Notes under the pieces: generated by a model | Database searches by the model: none | Told to the model about the DNA's origin: nothing | Seen by the model: the letters and a program-made list of their open reading frames with translations, nothing else | Shown here: one piece after another, positions 50,548-60,816 of the stretch | Layout of the letters: the number at the start of each line of letters is the position of its first letter | How positions within the stretch are numbered: position 1 is the stretch's first letter | Program-made: the position numbers and the translations under genes | Source of the DNA: Xanthobacteraceae bacterium | GTDB taxonomy: Bacteria; Pseudomonadota; Alphaproteobacteria; Rhizobiales; Xanthobacteraceae | Direction of reading: 5' to 3' | Length of the DNA stretch: 64,000 bases | Assembly (NCBI GenBank): GCA_036513475.1 | Contig: DATBYX010000475.1 | Location: 4,707 to 68,706 of the forward strand

Positions 50548-51129
50548 TTGGACTCCCTTGAAAATGCCAAAGCCGGGCTTCGCCGCGAGGCACTCGCGCG
50601 CCGCAATGCCATGCCGGGGGCTGTACGCGCTGCCGCGGCGCAGGCCATTGCAGCGCGGCCGTTTCCCCTCGCACTACCTGCCGGCGGCTGTGTCTCCGGC
50701 TTTATGCCGCTGAAAAGCGAGATCAGTCCGATCCCGCTTATGCGCAAGCTTGCCGACGCCGGCGTCAGGCTCGCACTGCCGGTTGTGGTCGGGCGCGGCA
50801 AACCGCTCGTGATGCGCGCTTTTGCGTTTGGCGACACATTGGCCTCGGGTGTCTGGGGTATCCGCGAACCCAAGCCGGATGCAGCCGAAGTGTTTCCGGA
50901 CGTGTTGCTGGTGCCGCTGCTTGCATTCGATCGTCGCGGGAACCGGATCGGATACGGTGGAGGGTACTACGACCTCACGATCACCGCCTTGCGGGCACGA
51001 CAGCCAATTCTCGCGGCAGGGGTCGCGTTTGCCGAGCAGGAGCTAATAAAAGTGCCCACGGGCCCTCGCGACGCTCGCCTCGACCTGGTGCTGACCGAGC
51101 GCGAGGTCATCCACTGCGGGAGGGCGTGA
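50548..51129 (+). CDS. 5-formyltetrahydrofolate cyclo-ligase
   Basis: LVPLLAFDRRGNRIGYGGGYYD and GIREP motifs. There is no in-frame ATG near the homology start, so TTG 50548 is proposed; the longest ORF from 50440 would run through the 6S-like element. Confidence 0.8.
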   Translation: MDSLENAKAGLRREALARRNAMPGAVRAAAAQAIAARPFPLALPAGGCVSGFMPLKSEISPIPLMRKLADAGVRLALPVVVGRGKPLVMRAFAFGDTLASGVWGIREPKPDAAEVFPDVLLVPLLAFDRRGNRIGYGGGYYDLTITALRARQPILAAGVAFAEQELIKVPTGPRDARLDLVLTEREVIHCGRA

Positions 51130-51132
51130 CCC

Positions 51133-51954
51133 GTGCGGATTCTGTTCATCGGCGACATCGTGGGCCGAAGCGGGCGCACAATCGTGCGCCAGCGCGTGCC
51201 GGACCTGGTGCGCGCGTGGAAGCTCGACTTCGTAGCGGCAAACGGCGAAAACGCCGCCGGGGGTTTCGGGATCACCGAGGCGATCTATGATGAGTTCGTC
51301 GATGCGGGCATTGATGTCATTACCGGCGGCAATCATTCCTGGGACCAGCGGGAGGCCTTGGTCTTCATCGAGCGCGCGCCGAAGCTTCTGCGGCCCGCGA
51401 ATTTTCCCGCCGGCACGCCGGGTCGCGGGGCCGCGGTGCTCAATGCCAGGAACGGCGCGCGGGTGCTCGTCGTCAATGCGATGGGCCGCATCTTCATGGA
51501 CCCGCTCGATGATCCTTTCGCTGCGGTCGACCGCGAGCTTTCCGCATGCCCGCTTAAAGGCTGTGCCGACGTCGTCATCGTGGACATTCACGCCGAAGCC
51601 ACCAGCGAGAAACAGGCGATGGGACATTTCTGCGATGGCCGCGCGAGCCTGGTCGTCGGCACCCACACCCATGCGCCCACTGCCGATCATCAGATACTGT
51701 CGCATGGTACGGCCTTTGTCTCCGATCTTGGGATGAGCGGCGACTACGATTCCATCATCGGGATGGACAAGGACGAACCGCTGACGCGATTTCTGCGCAA
51801 AATTCCGGGCTCCCGCTTCGAGCCGGCCATGGGCGAAGCGACGCTTTGCGCACTTGCGGTCGAAACCGACGACGCGACCGGGCTGGCGCTGCGCGTCGGC
51901 GCGGTACGGCTCGGCGGCCGGCTCGAACAGACGAAGCCGACGTTCTGGGATTAA
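51133..51954 (+). CDS. ymdB: YmdB-like metallophosphoesterase (TIGR00282 family)
   Basis: ILFIGDIVGRSG, ANGENAAGGFG, GGNHSWD and DIHAEATSEK. Confidence 0.88.
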   Translation: MRILFIGDIVGRSGRTIVRQRVPDLVRAWKLDFVAANGENAAGGFGITEAIYDEFVDAGIDVITGGNHSWDQREALVFIERAPKLLRPANFPAGTPGRGAAVLNARNGARVLVVNAMGRIFMDPLDDPFAAVDRELSACPLKGCADVVIVDIHAEATSEKQAMGHFCDGRASLVVGTHTHAPTADHQILSHGTAFVSDLGMSGDYDSIIGMDKDEPLTRFLRKIPGSRFEPAMGEATLCALAVETDDATGLALRVGAVRLGGRLEQTKPTFWD

Positions 51955-52028
51955 TCCTGGATGAGTCGTGTTCAGAGGATTTGGTATTCATCGGGCGTCC
52001 TTGTCGCTCTCGCGCAGAACGCTCGCTT

Positions 52029-52622
52029 ATGACCGCTGAGACTGCGCCGCTCGTGGTTGTCGTTGCCCGTGCAAATGGAGCGGGCAAGTCGACGGCTGCA
52101 CCCTCGCTGCTGAGAGATTCCTTCGGAGTCACTGAATTCATCAACGCCGATACGATTGCGGCCGGGCTATCCGCGTTTCGGCCAGCTTCGGTAGCGATTG
52201 CGGCGGGACGAATCATGCTCGAACGAATGCGGCACTTAACGGTCACCCGGAAGAATTTCGCGTTCGAGACCACACTGGCAAGCCGCACCCTCGCGCCTTG
52301 GCTCGCCGCCTTGCAGCGGGACGGCCACCATGTACATCTGCTGTTCCTTTGGCTCAAGAGTGACGAACTCGCGGTGACTCGTGTCACGGAACGCGTGCGG
52401 CTCGGCGGTCATGACGTTCCGGCTGAGGTGGTTCGCCGGCGTTATAGGGTAGGTTTGCAAAACCTATTTCGGATCTACATGCCACTCGTAGACAGCTGGC
52501 AATTGTACGATAACTCGGAAGGCCCGGATCCGGTGCGGATCGCTGCCGGAGACCGTTATTCCGTCCGTAAGATCAGTGATGTGAGGACATGGCGGAATTT
52601 GGAGGAGTCCTATGGTCAATGA
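52029..52622 (+). CDS. Zeta-toxin-like P-loop kinase/ATPase (COG4185-type)
   Basis: Walker A VARANGAGKST, FINADTIA, FETTLA, and HLLFLWL...VRLGGHDVP, typical of zeta_toxin/AAA_33-like small kinases. The start is uncertain and no clear SD is present. Confidence 0.72.
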   Translation: MTAETAPLVVVVARANGAGKSTAAPSLLRDSFGVTEFINADTIAAGLSAFRPASVAIAAGRIMLERMRHLTVTRKNFAFETTLASRTLAPWLAALQRDGHHVHLLFLWLKSDELAVTRVTERVRLGGHDVPAEVVRRRYRVGLQNLFRIYMPLVDSWQLYDNSEGPDPVRIAAGDRYSVRKISDVRTWRNLEESYGQ

Positions 52623-52812
52623 GGAGGCGGACTCTCGTTCTCTGATCGAGCGCGTTAAGGACGCTGATTTGGTTCAGCGAGCGCTCGCGCGCGCATTTCG
52701 CGAGGCAATATTGCGCCATAAGCAAGCCGGAAATCCCATATGCGTGTGGCGTGAGGGACAGGTGGTATGGATTGCCCCGGAGGACATTCAGATTCCAGAC
52801 GAACCAAAATGA
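52612..52812 (+). CDS. Small hypothetical protein overlapping the zeta-like gene 3' end (putative partner or antitoxin)
   Basis: GGAGGAG lies 4 nt upstream of ATG 52612, and the ORF overlaps the upstream gene by 11 nt. It encodes 66 aa with an acidic C-terminus. No family assigned. Confidence 0.55.
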   Translation: MVNEEADSRSLIERVKDADLVQRALARAFREAILRHKQAGNPICVWREGQVVWIAPEDIQIPDEPK

Positions 52813-52966
52813 ATGTCGGCGGGGTCCCCTATTCTGGATTTCAGGTGCGGTGCATCCTATAACAGGCGCCGCGCTTTTCCGGCCGGTCCGTCGCCAGAAT
52901 GCGTTCGCCCTCCGGCACTCTCATGAGGATGCGCATCTCAAGCAATCGATCAGGACGACGACGACC

Positions 52967-53713
52967 ATGGCTGGGCATTCGCAGTTCAAGAACATCATGC
53001 ACCGCAAGGGGCGGCAGGATGCGGCGAAATCCAAGCTGTTTGGCAAGCTGGCGCGCGAGATCACGGTTTCCGCCAGGTTGGGGCTGCCCGACCCCGCAAT
53101 GAACCCCCGCCTCCGGGCGGCCATCCTCGCTGCGCGCGCCGAGAACATGCCCAAGGACAACATCGATCGGGCGATCAAGAAGGCCGTGGGCGGCGATGCC
53201 GAGAGCTACGACGAAATCCGCTATGAGGGGTACGGCCCGGGTGGCGTTGCGGTCATCGTCGAGGTGTTGACCGACAACCGCAACCGCACTGCCGGGGAGG
53301 TGCGCGCGACCTTTACGCGGTCAGGCGGCAATCTCGCCGAGACGGGCGCGGTCTCGTTCATGTTCGACCATGTCGGACTCGTCGAATATCACGCCAAGGT
53401 TGCCAGTGCCGAAACCTTGCTGGAAGCCGCAATCGATGCCGGCGCGGAGGATGTCGTATCGAGCGAGAGCGGGCACGAGATCTATACCACGCAGGATACG
53501 CTGCGCGAAGTGGCAAAGGCGTTGGAGCTCAAGTTCGGGGAGCCGCGCAAGGCGGCCCTGGTATGGAAGCCGCAGAACACCGTGACCGTGAACGACGAGC
53601 AGGGCGAGAAAGTACTCCGATTGATGGAGGTGCTCAACGAGCACGATGACGTCCAAAACGTCTACGCAAATTTCGAGGTCTCCGATGCGCTCATGCACAG
53701 GCTCAGTGCGTAA
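52967..53713 (+). CDS. yebC: YebC/PmpR-family transcriptional regulator
   Basis: [32 protein letters not shown]. Located upstream of ruvC as in many bacteria. Confidence 0.93.
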   Translation: MAGHSQFKNIMHRKGRQDAAKSKLFGKLAREITVSARLGLPDPAMNPRLRAAILAARAENMPKDNIDRAIKKAVGGDAESYDEIRYEGYGPGGVAVIVEVLTDNRNRTAGEVRATFTRSGGNLAETGAVSFMFDHVGLVEYHAKVASAETLLEAAIDAGAEDVVSSESGHEIYTTQDTLREVAKALELKFGEPRKAALVWKPQNTVTVNDEQGEKVLRLMEVLNEHDDVQNVYANFEVSDALMHRLSA

Positions 53714-53778
53714 CTGCTCCGGATGATCGGGATCCCATCTATGCGTGGCCCGCGCTCGGGGTTATCAACGGCGCAATC

Positions 53779-54300
53779 ATGCTCCGGTCGATTCGCATTC
53801 TCGGCATCGACCCCGGGCTTCGCCGCACGGGGTGGGGCATGATTGCGGTCGAGGGCACCCGCCTGCGCTTTCTTGCCTGCGGGTCGCTTGCCACCGACGA
53901 AAGGGAGACGCTCGCGGCGCGGCTCCTCGCCATTCATCAAGGCTTGAGCGAAATTGTTAAGGCGCACGCGCCGCACGAAGCGGCAGTCGAGAAGACTTTC
54001 GTCAACAAGAATGCGGCCGCAACCCTCAAGCTTGGCCAGGCGCGCGGGATTGCCATGCTGGTCCCCGCCATCGCCGGCCTCCCTGTGGCGGAATACGCGC
54101 CCAACCTGGTGAAAAAGACCATCGTCGGTACCGGCCACGGCGAGAAGGGGCAGGTGCGCATGATGATCGGCGTGCTGCTGCCGAAAGCCGATGCGCCATC
54201 GGACGATGCGGCGGACGCGCTTGCGATCGCGGTGTGTCACGCGCACCATCGCAATGGCGGGATGCGCAACGGCGAGCTGCCCGGCGCGAGGGGGCGATGA
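53779..54300 (+). CDS. ruvC: Holliday junction endonuclease RuvC
   Basis: [34 protein letters not shown] and [12 protein letters not shown]. Confidence 0.93.
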   Translation: MLRSIRILGIDPGLRRTGWGMIAVEGTRLRFLACGSLATDERETLAARLLAIHQGLSEIVKAHAPHEAAVEKTFVNKNAAATLKLGQARGIAMLVPAIAGLPVAEYAPNLVKKTIVGTGHGEKGQVRMMIGVLLPKADAPSDDAADALAIAVCHAHHRNGGMRNGELPGARGR

Positions 54301-54914
54301 TCGGCAAGCTCAAGGGGGTCATCGATTCCTACGGCGAGGATTGCATCATCCTCGACGTGAACGGCGTGGGCTATCGCGTGCATTGCTCGGCACGCACGTT
54401 GCAGGAATTGCCCGCGACGGGGCAACCCGCGACGCTCGCCATCGAGACGCATGTTCGCGAAGATCAGATCCGGCTGTTTGGTTTCTTGACGGAGGTCGAG
54501 CGCGAATGGTTCGGCTTGCTGCAAACGGTGCAGGGCGTCGGCGCCAAGGTCGCGCTCTCGGTGCTGGGAACCCTTAGGCCTGCGGATCTCGCTTCCGCCA
54601 TCGCCATGCGCGACAAGGCCATGGTGGCGCGCGCCCCCGGGGTCGGCCCAAAGGTGGCAGAGCGCATCGTCACTGAGCTCAAGGACAAGGCGCCGGCCTA
54701 TGCCGGGATAGACCCGTCGGTGGTCCGCCTCTCCGGCGCAGTCGAGGAGAAGCGCGCGCCCCAGCCACTCGCGGATGCGGTCTCGGCGCTCGTCAACCTG
54801 GGCTACGGTCAGCCCCAGGCCGCATCCGCCATCGCCGCGGCAGCGCGCAACGCGGGCGCAGCCGCGGATGCCGCGAGCCTGATCCGGCTTGGGCTCAAGG
54901 AGCTCGCGAAATGA
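54297..54914 (+). CDS. ruvA: Holliday junction DNA helicase subunit RuvA
   Basis: [28 protein letters not shown] and the HhH motifs [11 protein letters not shown] and [10 protein letters not shown]. The ATG overlaps the ruvC stop (ATGA). Confidence 0.93.
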   Translation: MIGKLKGVIDSYGEDCIILDVNGVGYRVHCSARTLQELPATGQPATLAIETHVREDQIRLFGFLTEVEREWFGLLQTVQGVGAKVALSVLGTLRPADLASAIAMRDKAMVARAPGVGPKVAERIVTELKDKAPAYAGIDPSVVRLSGAVEEKRAPQPLADAVSALVNLGYGQPQAASAIAAAARNAGAAADAASLIRLGLKELAK

Positions 54915-54930
54915 GGCGCGAACACTCCCC

Positions 54931-55353
54931 ATGCTGAGCGGTCGGGATCACGAGCTGATTGCGGCAGCGACTCAAGCCATCACGCAGCGGTATCGCAATG
55001 ATTGGCAGGAAGTAGGTGCCGCGTTGCGCACCCGCGACGGCCGCATCTACACCGGGGTCAATCTTGATGCCTATTTGGGCCGGATGGCGGTGTGCGCTGA
55101 AGCGGTAGCGCTCGGGCGCGCGGTGACGGAGAGGGGCGAGACCGGCATCGAGACCATCGTGGCGGTGCGACATCCCGAGCCGCTGGAGCCTGATCGCTCC
55201 ATACGCGTCGTCTCGCCCTGCGGCAGCTGCCGCGAGCTCATTTGGGATTACGACCGCAACGCTCGCGTCATTGTGCCCACTGCTAACGGGCCCGCCATCT
55301 CGGCCATCGGCGAGCTGTTGCCGAACAAATATAGCCGCGAGCGGACCCTGTGA
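54931..55353 (+). CDS. Cytidine-deaminase-fold zinc enzyme, blasticidin-S-deaminase-like
   Basis: Zinc and catalytic motifs VCAEAVALG (CAE) and [10 protein letters not shown] (PCxxC). The overall layout (LI..A...[16 protein letters not shown]) matches my recollection of small homotetrameric CDA/BSD enzymes. Confidence 0.8.
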   Translation: MLSGRDHELIAAATQAITQRYRNDWQEVGAALRTRDGRIYTGVNLDAYLGRMAVCAEAVALGRAVTERGETGIETIVAVRHPEPLEPDRSIRVVSPCGSCRELIWDYDRNARVIVPTANGPAISAIGELLPNKYSRERTL

Positions 55354-55360
55354 GGAACAT

Positions 55361-56407
55361 TTGAGCTCGGCCCCGAGGCTGGTGAGTGCCGAACGGCGCG
55401 ACGAAGACAACGCCGACGGCTCGTTGCGTCCGCAACGTCTGACTGAGTTCATCGGCCAGCAGCAGGCGCGCTCGAACCTGTCCGTCTTCATCGAGGCCGC
55501 GCGGGCGCGCCACGAGGCGCTCGATCACGTGCTGTTCGTTGGCCCGCCCGGACTCGGCAAGACCACGCTCGCCCAGATCGTGGCGCGCGAGCTCGGTGTC
55601 AACTTTCGTGCAACCTCGGGGCCGGTGATTGTCAAGGCCGGAGACCTTGCGGCGCTGCTCACGAATCTCGAGGAGCGCGACGTGCTGTTCATCGACGAGA
55701 TCCACCGGCTCAATCCGGCAGTGGAGGAGATTCTCTATCCCGCGATGGAGGATTTTCAGCTCGATCTGATTATCGGACAGGGGCCGGCGGCACGCTCCGT
55801 CAAGATCGATCTGGCGAAATTCACGCTTATTGGCGCGACGACGCGTGCGGGCCTCCTCACCAATCCGCTCCGCGATCGGTTCGGCATTCCGGTACGCTTG
55901 AATTTCTATTCCGAGACCGAGCTCGAACAGATCGTCAATCGCGGAGCGCGGGTGCTTGGAATTGGCATGAGCCCAGATGGCGCCAACGAGATTGCGCGCC
56001 GTGCCCGCGGCACCCCGCGCATCGCGGGGCGGCTGTTGCGGCGGGTGCGCGATTTTGCCTCGGTTGCCGGGGCCGATGTGATCGATCGGCAAGCGGCGGA
56101 CCGCGCGCTGATCGAGCTGGAAGTGGATGCAGCCGGGCTCGACGCCATGGATCGGCGCTATCTCTCAACCATTGCCCAGAACTACGGCGGGGGGCCGGTC
56201 GGTATCGAGACCCTCGCCGCCGCGCTCTCCGAGCCGCGCGACGCGATCGAGGAAATTATCGAGCCTTTCCTGATCCAGAAAGGGCTGCTGCAGCGTACCC
56301 CGCGTGGCCGGTTGCTCACGTCGCATGCCTTTCGGCACCTTGGTCTTGCCGAGCCCGCGCGGGATCCCTCACAGTTTCAGCTGTTCGACCCTTCCGAGGA
56401 GCAGTAA
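55361..56407 (+). CDS. ruvB: Holliday junction DNA helicase RuvB
   Basis: [12 protein letters not shown], Walker [24 protein letters not shown] and [16 protein letters not shown]. There is no in-frame ATG after the upstream gene, so TTG 55361 is proposed (GTG 55382 is the alternative). Confidence 0.92.
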   Translation: MSSAPRLVSAERRDEDNADGSLRPQRLTEFIGQQQARSNLSVFIEAARARHEALDHVLFVGPPGLGKTTLAQIVARELGVNFRATSGPVIVKAGDLAALLTNLEERDVLFIDEIHRLNPAVEEILYPAMEDFQLDLIIGQGPAARSVKIDLAKFTLIGATTRAGLLTNPLRDRFGIPVRLNFYSETELEQIVNRGARVLGIGMSPDGANEIARRARGTPRIAGRLLRRVRDFASVAGADVIDRQAADRALIELEVDAAGLDAMDRRYLSTIAQNYGGGPVGIETLAAALSEPRDAIEEIIEPFLIQKGLLQRTPRGRLLTSHAFRHLGLAEPARDPSQFQLFDPSEEQ

Positions 56408-56459
56408 AAAGCGTGCGCGTTATCGACGGTCGCATGGACATCGACGAAGAATTTCGAAG

Positions 56460-56936
56460 ATGACCAATCCGGCTCCGGTAACGCTCGACGGCGCGCTACG
56501 CGACGGTCGTCATCTGATGACGGTGCGGGTTTACTACGAGGATACGGATTTCTCCGGCATCGTCTATCACGCCAACTATCTGCGGTTCATGGAACGGGGC
56601 CGCACCAATCATTTGCGCCTGCTCGGCACCGGTCATCGCGCATTGTTCGACGAGGCGGAGCGGGAGACGCCGGGTTTCGCTTTCGTGGTGCGATCGATGC
56701 GCATCGAATTCCTCAAGCCGGCGCGCATGGACGATGTGCTCGACATCATCACCGTCCCGCAGGAGGTGAAGGGGGCCTCGATCACGCTGCATCAGCAGAT
56801 CCTGCGCGCCGACGAGCTCCTGGTGGATGCGCAGGTGCGCGTGGCGTGCGTCTCCGGCGGCCGGGCGCGACCGATCCCCAAGGCCCTGCGCCTCGCCATG
56901 CTGGCGAATGAGGCAGATGCCGCAGAACATTTGTGA
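56460..56936 (+). CDS. ybgC: Tol-Pal-associated acyl-CoA thioesterase YbgC
   Basis: Hot-dog fold motif YYEDTDFSGIVYHANYLRFMERGR. Located upstream of tolQ. Confidence 0.88.
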   Translation: MTNPAPVTLDGALRDGRHLMTVRVYYEDTDFSGIVYHANYLRFMERGRTNHLRLLGTGHRALFDEAERETPGFAFVVRSMRIEFLKPARMDDVLDIITVPQEVKGASITLHQQILRADELLVDAQVRVACVSGGRARPIPKALRLAMLANEADAAEHL

Positions 56937-57164
56937 GCCGGGTCTCCCGCGGGCGAGTACGCCCTAGTTTGGACACCTTTCATCGGGAAGCCGTATGCGG
57001 ACCGTTGGGAACGGCACGATCATTGCGCTTTCGGGTCTTCGGCTGCGGGCCATAACGTGGCTTGGCGTGCCGGCTTTCGCCGCCGCGAGCCGCTTGCGGC
57101 GGCGAGGCAGCAGGTTCCGGAGGGAGTCAGGTCCAGACCGAAGGAAGAGCCGGAAGGAACTGCG

Positions 57165-57845
57165 ATGCCGTCCGCCGCGCCGATTTCGATCTGGGATCTT
57201 TTTCAGAACGCAGACATCATCGTCAAATTGGTGATGGTCGGGCTGCTGATTGCCTCGATCTCGGTATGGGCGATCGCCATCGAGAAGTTCATGCTGTATT
57301 CGCGCACGCGGCGCGCCATGGATGCTTTCGAGCAGGCATTCTGGTCCGGACAGTCGCTGGAAGAGCTCTACCGCTCCCTCTCCTCCCGGCCGAGCCATTC
57401 CATGGCGGCCCTGTTCGTAGCGGCGATGCGGGAATGGAAGCGGAGCCTCGAGGGGCATGCGCGTTCTTTCGCGGGCCTGCAGGCGCGTATCGAGAAGGTG
57501 ATGGACGTGACCATCCAGCGGGAAATTGCGCGGCTTGAACGCTACCTCCTGGTGCTGGCCACCATCGGGTCGGCTGGACCCTTTGTCGGCCTGTTCGGGA
57601 CGGTGTGGGGCATCATGACCAGCTTTCGCGCCATTGCCGGCCAGCAGACCACCTCGCTCGCGGTGGTTGCCCCCGGCATTGCGGAAGCCCTGTTCGCGAC
57701 CGCAGCAGGGCTCTTCGCCGCCATACCCGCGACCATTTTGTACAACAAGTTCGTGTCGGACGTGAACAAACAGGCGCAGCGCCTGGAAGGGTTCGCTGAC
57801 GAATTTGCCGCAATTCTGTCGCGGCAGATCGATGAGCGGGGATGA
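57165..57845 (+). CDS. tolQ: Tol-Pal system protein TolQ
   Basis: MotA/TolQ/ExbB signature SAGPFVGLFGTVWGIMTSF and three TM segments. Confidence 0.92.
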   Translation: MPSAAPISIWDLFQNADIIVKLVMVGLLIASISVWAIAIEKFMLYSRTRRAMDAFEQAFWSGQSLEELYRSLSSRPSHSMAALFVAAMREWKRSLEGHARSFAGLQARIEKVMDVTIQREIARLERYLLVLATIGSAGPFVGLFGTVWGIMTSFRAIAGQQTTSLAVVAPGIAEALFATAAGLFAAIPATILYNKFVSDVNKQAQRLEGFADEFAAILSRQIDERG

Positions 57846-57869
57846 GGACGTGGGGATGTGGAGGTCGAG

Positions 57870-58322
57870 ATGGGGATGAATACGGGCGCGAATGTGGCGG
57901 CCGGGCGGCGGCACCGTCGCCGTCCGGTAATGGCGGAGATCAACGTGACGCCGATGGTCGATGTCATGCTCGTCCTGTTGATCATTTTCATGGTCTCGGC
58001 ACCGCTGCTTACTGTCGGAGTTCCGATCGACCTGCCGCGAACGCAAGCCAAGAGTCTCGACCAGGACAAGGAGCCGTTAACCGTCTCAGTGAATGTAAAG
58101 GAGCAAGTCTACCTGCAAAACACCGAGATTCCCCTGGACGAGGTTGTGCCGAAGCTGAAGGCCATTACCGATGCGCGCGGCGGGGCGGACGAGCGCATCT
58201 ACGTGCGCGGCGATCGCCAGGTCGATTATGGGACTGTCATGAAAGTGATGGGCCGCATATCGGCCGCCGGATTCCGCCGCGTGGCCTTGGTAACGGAGAC
58301 CGAGCAGGGCCCGGCGCGTTGA
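57870..58322 (+). CDS. tolR: Tol-Pal system protein TolR (ExbD family)
   Basis: EINVTPMVDVMLVLLIIFMV. GGAGG lies 5 nt upstream of ATG 57870; the track start at 57858 is a GTG. Confidence 0.9.
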   Translation: MGMNTGANVAAGRRHRRRPVMAEINVTPMVDVMLVLLIIFMVSAPLLTVGVPIDLPRTQAKSLDQDKEPLTVSVNVKEQVYLQNTEIPLDEVVPKLKAITDARGGADERIYVRGDRQVDYGTVMKVMGRISAAGFRRVALVTETEQGPAR

Positions 58323-58340
58323 TCGTTTGACGACGAGGTA

Positions 58341-59231
58341 ATGAGGACGTCCTATACCATATCGGCCATCGGCCATGCGGCGGTGTTGCTGTGGAGCGTT
58401 TGGTCGCTCGCAGCAAGACCGCTTACGATATCCGCGAGCGACTCCTTGCCGGTCGATATCGTGACGGCGACCGAGTTCTCGCAGATCACCAAAGGAATGA
58501 AGAGCGCTCCTCAAACCGAGGCTCCGAAGCCGCTGGTAGAAAAAGTCGCCGAGGCAAAGCCGGTAGAAGACACGAGCGCAAAGCTGGTCGAGAAGAAAGA
58601 GGTAAAGGCTGCGCGCGAGACGCCGCCCAGCCCGGAGGTGAAGCCGGTCGAGGAGAAACCCAAGGAGCCGAAGCAAGCTGAGGCCAAAGTCGATCCCATT
58701 GCCGAGGCGCTGACCAAGGAAGACCCTAAGCACCAGCCGAAGAAGGCCGAAGCCAAGCCGCAGCCGCCCACGCCGCCCAAGAAGCCGGCGCCCCCGGCAC
58801 CGAAATTTGATCCGAAGCAGGTCGAGGCCCTGCTCGACAAGCGCAATGCCACGCGCCTCGCCGCCGCGGGCGAGACTCTCAACAGTAACCCCGGGCTCGG
58901 ATTACCCAACGGCCAGGCAACGCAGCTATCGCAGAGCGAGCTCGACGCCTTGCGCGCCCGGTTGCGTGAGCTCTGGAATCCGCCGCTGGCTCCGAGCGAT
59001 CCGGAGGAGTTGGTCGTCGTTGTGGAGGTCAAATTCCGGCCGGACGGCACCGTCGAGGGCCAGCCGCGGGTGTTGAGCAGCGGTAGAACCCCGATGGCGG
59101 CGGCGGCTCGCGACAGCGCCGTGCGCGCGCTCTTGCGCGGCCAGCCCTTCACGATGTTGCGACGCGAGCATTATGACCTCTGGAAAGACATCGAGATCAA
59201 GTTCGATCCGCGCGAGATGATTCGCGGCTAA
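58341..59231 (+). CDS. tolA: Cell envelope integrity protein TolA
   Basis: N-terminal TM helix, a Lys/Pro/Glu/Ala-rich spacer and a C-terminal TolA/TonB-like domain (VVVEVKFRPDGTV). Positioned between tolR and tolB. Confidence 0.8.
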   Translation: MRTSYTISAIGHAAVLLWSVWSLAARPLTISASDSLPVDIVTATEFSQITKGMKSAPQTEAPKPLVEKVAEAKPVEDTSAKLVEKKEVKAARETPPSPEVKPVEEKPKEPKQAEAKVDPIAEALTKEDPKHQPKKAEAKPQPPTPPKKPAPPAPKFDPKQVEALLDKRNATRLAAAGETLNSNPGLGLPNGQATQLSQSELDALRARLRELWNPPLAPSDPEELVVVVEVKFRPDGTVEGQPRVLSSGRTPMAAAARDSAVRALLRGQPFTMLRREHYDLWKDIEIKFDPREMIRG

Positions 59232-59266
59232 CCACAAGCGTATGAAGAGTGGGGATTTGTCCGCAG

Positions 59267-60610
59267 ATGATGTCCTTGTCTGTCAGTCTCACGCGACGAA
59301 AAGTGATGACGCTGGGTGCCGGCGTCGCGGCTGGCGCGATCGGGACGCTGCCGGTCGAGCGCGCGCTCGCAGTGCTCAAGCTCGACGTCACTCAAGGCAA
59401 CGTGCAGCCGGTACCGATCGCGATTCCGGAATTCATCGCGGTCGCAACGCAGGATCCGGCTCTCGGGCGCAACATCAGCCAGATCATCGGCGCCAATCTG
59501 CAGCGCTCCGGACTGTTTGCCCCGATCGATCCCGCTGCCTTCATCGAGAAATTCACGACCATCGATACGTTGCCGCGCTTTCCCGATTGGCGGCTGATCA
59601 ACGCTCAGGCGCTGGTCACCGGTCGCGTGACCCAAGGCGAGGGCCGGCTGAAGGCGGAGTTTCGGCTGTGGGATGTATTTGCCGGCCAGCAGCTCCACGG
59701 CCAGCAGTACACGACGACGGCCGATAACTGGCGCCGCATCGCTCATATCATCTCCGACGCGATCTATGAGCGGCTCACCGGAGACAAAGGCTATTTCGAC
59801 AGTCGCGTCGTGTTCGTCGACGAATCCGGTCCAAAGGAGCGTCGCATCAAGCGCTTGGCGCTCATGGATCAGGATGGCGCGAATGTACGTTATCTCACGC
59901 GGGGCGATGACCTCGTGCTCACGCCGCGCTTCTCGTCCTCGGCCGATACCATCACTTACATGTCCTATGGTCAGGGGGACCCTCGGGTTTACTTGATGAA
60001 CATCGAGACCGGGCAGCGCGAGATTGTCAGCAATTTTCCCGGTATGACTTTCAGCCCGCGGTTTTCGCCCGACAGCCAGCGCGTCATCTTCAGCCTGCAG
60101 CGCGGCGCCAATTCAAACCTTTTCGTCATGGACTTGCGATCAAAGGCGACAACGCGCCTGACCGATACGCAGGTGATCGACACCGCACCATCCTATTCGC
60201 CGGATGGATCGCATATTTGTTTCGAGTCTGACCGCGGCGGCAAGCAGCAGATCTATGTGATGGCCGCGGACGGCGGAGGGGCCCAGCGCATCAGCTTTGG
60301 GGATGGCGTCTATTCGACCCCCGTCTGGTCGCCGCGGGGCGACTACATTGCTTTCACCAAGCAGGCGGAAGGCCGGTTTGCCATTGGCATCATGCGCACC
60401 GACGGTTCCGGGGAGCGCATCCTCACCGAGGGCTATCACAATGAGGGGCCAACCTGGTGTCCGAACGGCCGTGTGATCATGTTCTTTCGCGACCCCGGCG
60501 GGAATGCCGGACCAGGGCTCTTCACCGTGGATGTGACGGGACGCAACGAGCAGCCGGTCAAGACGCCGAGTTATGCCTCTGATCCTTCCTGGTCGCCGCT
60601 GCTGCAATAA
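59267..60610 (+). CDS. tolB: Tol-Pal system beta-propeller protein TolB
   Basis: Signal sequence with an RR ([12 protein letters not shown]). Repeated propeller blades ([33 protein letters not shown]). Confidence 0.92.
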   Translation: MMSLSVSLTRRKVMTLGAGVAAGAIGTLPVERALAVLKLDVTQGNVQPVPIAIPEFIAVATQDPALGRNISQIIGANLQRSGLFAPIDPAAFIEKFTTIDTLPRFPDWRLINAQALVTGRVTQGEGRLKAEFRLWDVFAGQQLHGQQYTTTADNWRRIAHIISDAIYERLTGDKGYFDSRVVFVDESGPKERRIKRLALMDQDGANVRYLTRGDDLVLTPRFSSSADTITYMSYGQGDPRVYLMNIETGQREIVSNFPGMTFSPRFSPDSQRVIFSLQRGANSNLFVMDLRSKATTRLTDTQVIDTAPSYSPDGSHICFESDRGGKQQIYVMAADGGGAQRISFGDGVYSTPVWSPRGDYIAFTKQAEGRFAIGIMRTDGSGERILTEGYHNEGPTWCPNGRVIMFFRDPGGNAGPGLFTVDVTGRNEQPVKTPSYASDPSWSPLLQ

Positions 60611-60816
60611 GCATGGGAGCGAGGCGGGGGGAGGTGAAGGGGGCCAAGAAGGCGCCGCATTCATCCTCTATTAACCAATATAAAGGGTTTCGGGTTTTTC
60701 CTGCGTTTGTCGGAACGGGGCAACACTCCGGCAAGCTTGCCAACAACTTTGGCTTAACCACGCAGCTGCTAGACCTGCACCCTGTCCGGTAACGCGGCAA
60801 CAAAGGGGGCACCGGA

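Noticed and set aside
51955-52966. Search for direct repeats, att-like sites or an integrase flanking the zeta-like insertion
   Set aside because: The two flanks share only a trivial CTGGAT match. No recombinase or tRNA lies nearby, so no mobile-element boundary can be claimed.
57078-57104. 9-bp perfect GC stem (CGCCGCCGC...GCGGCGGCG) upstream of tolQ, considered as a terminator
   Set aside because: No U-tract follows, and it lies inside the ybgC-tolQ spacer of a co-directional operon. It is probably just a stable 5'-UTR or intercistronic hairpin.
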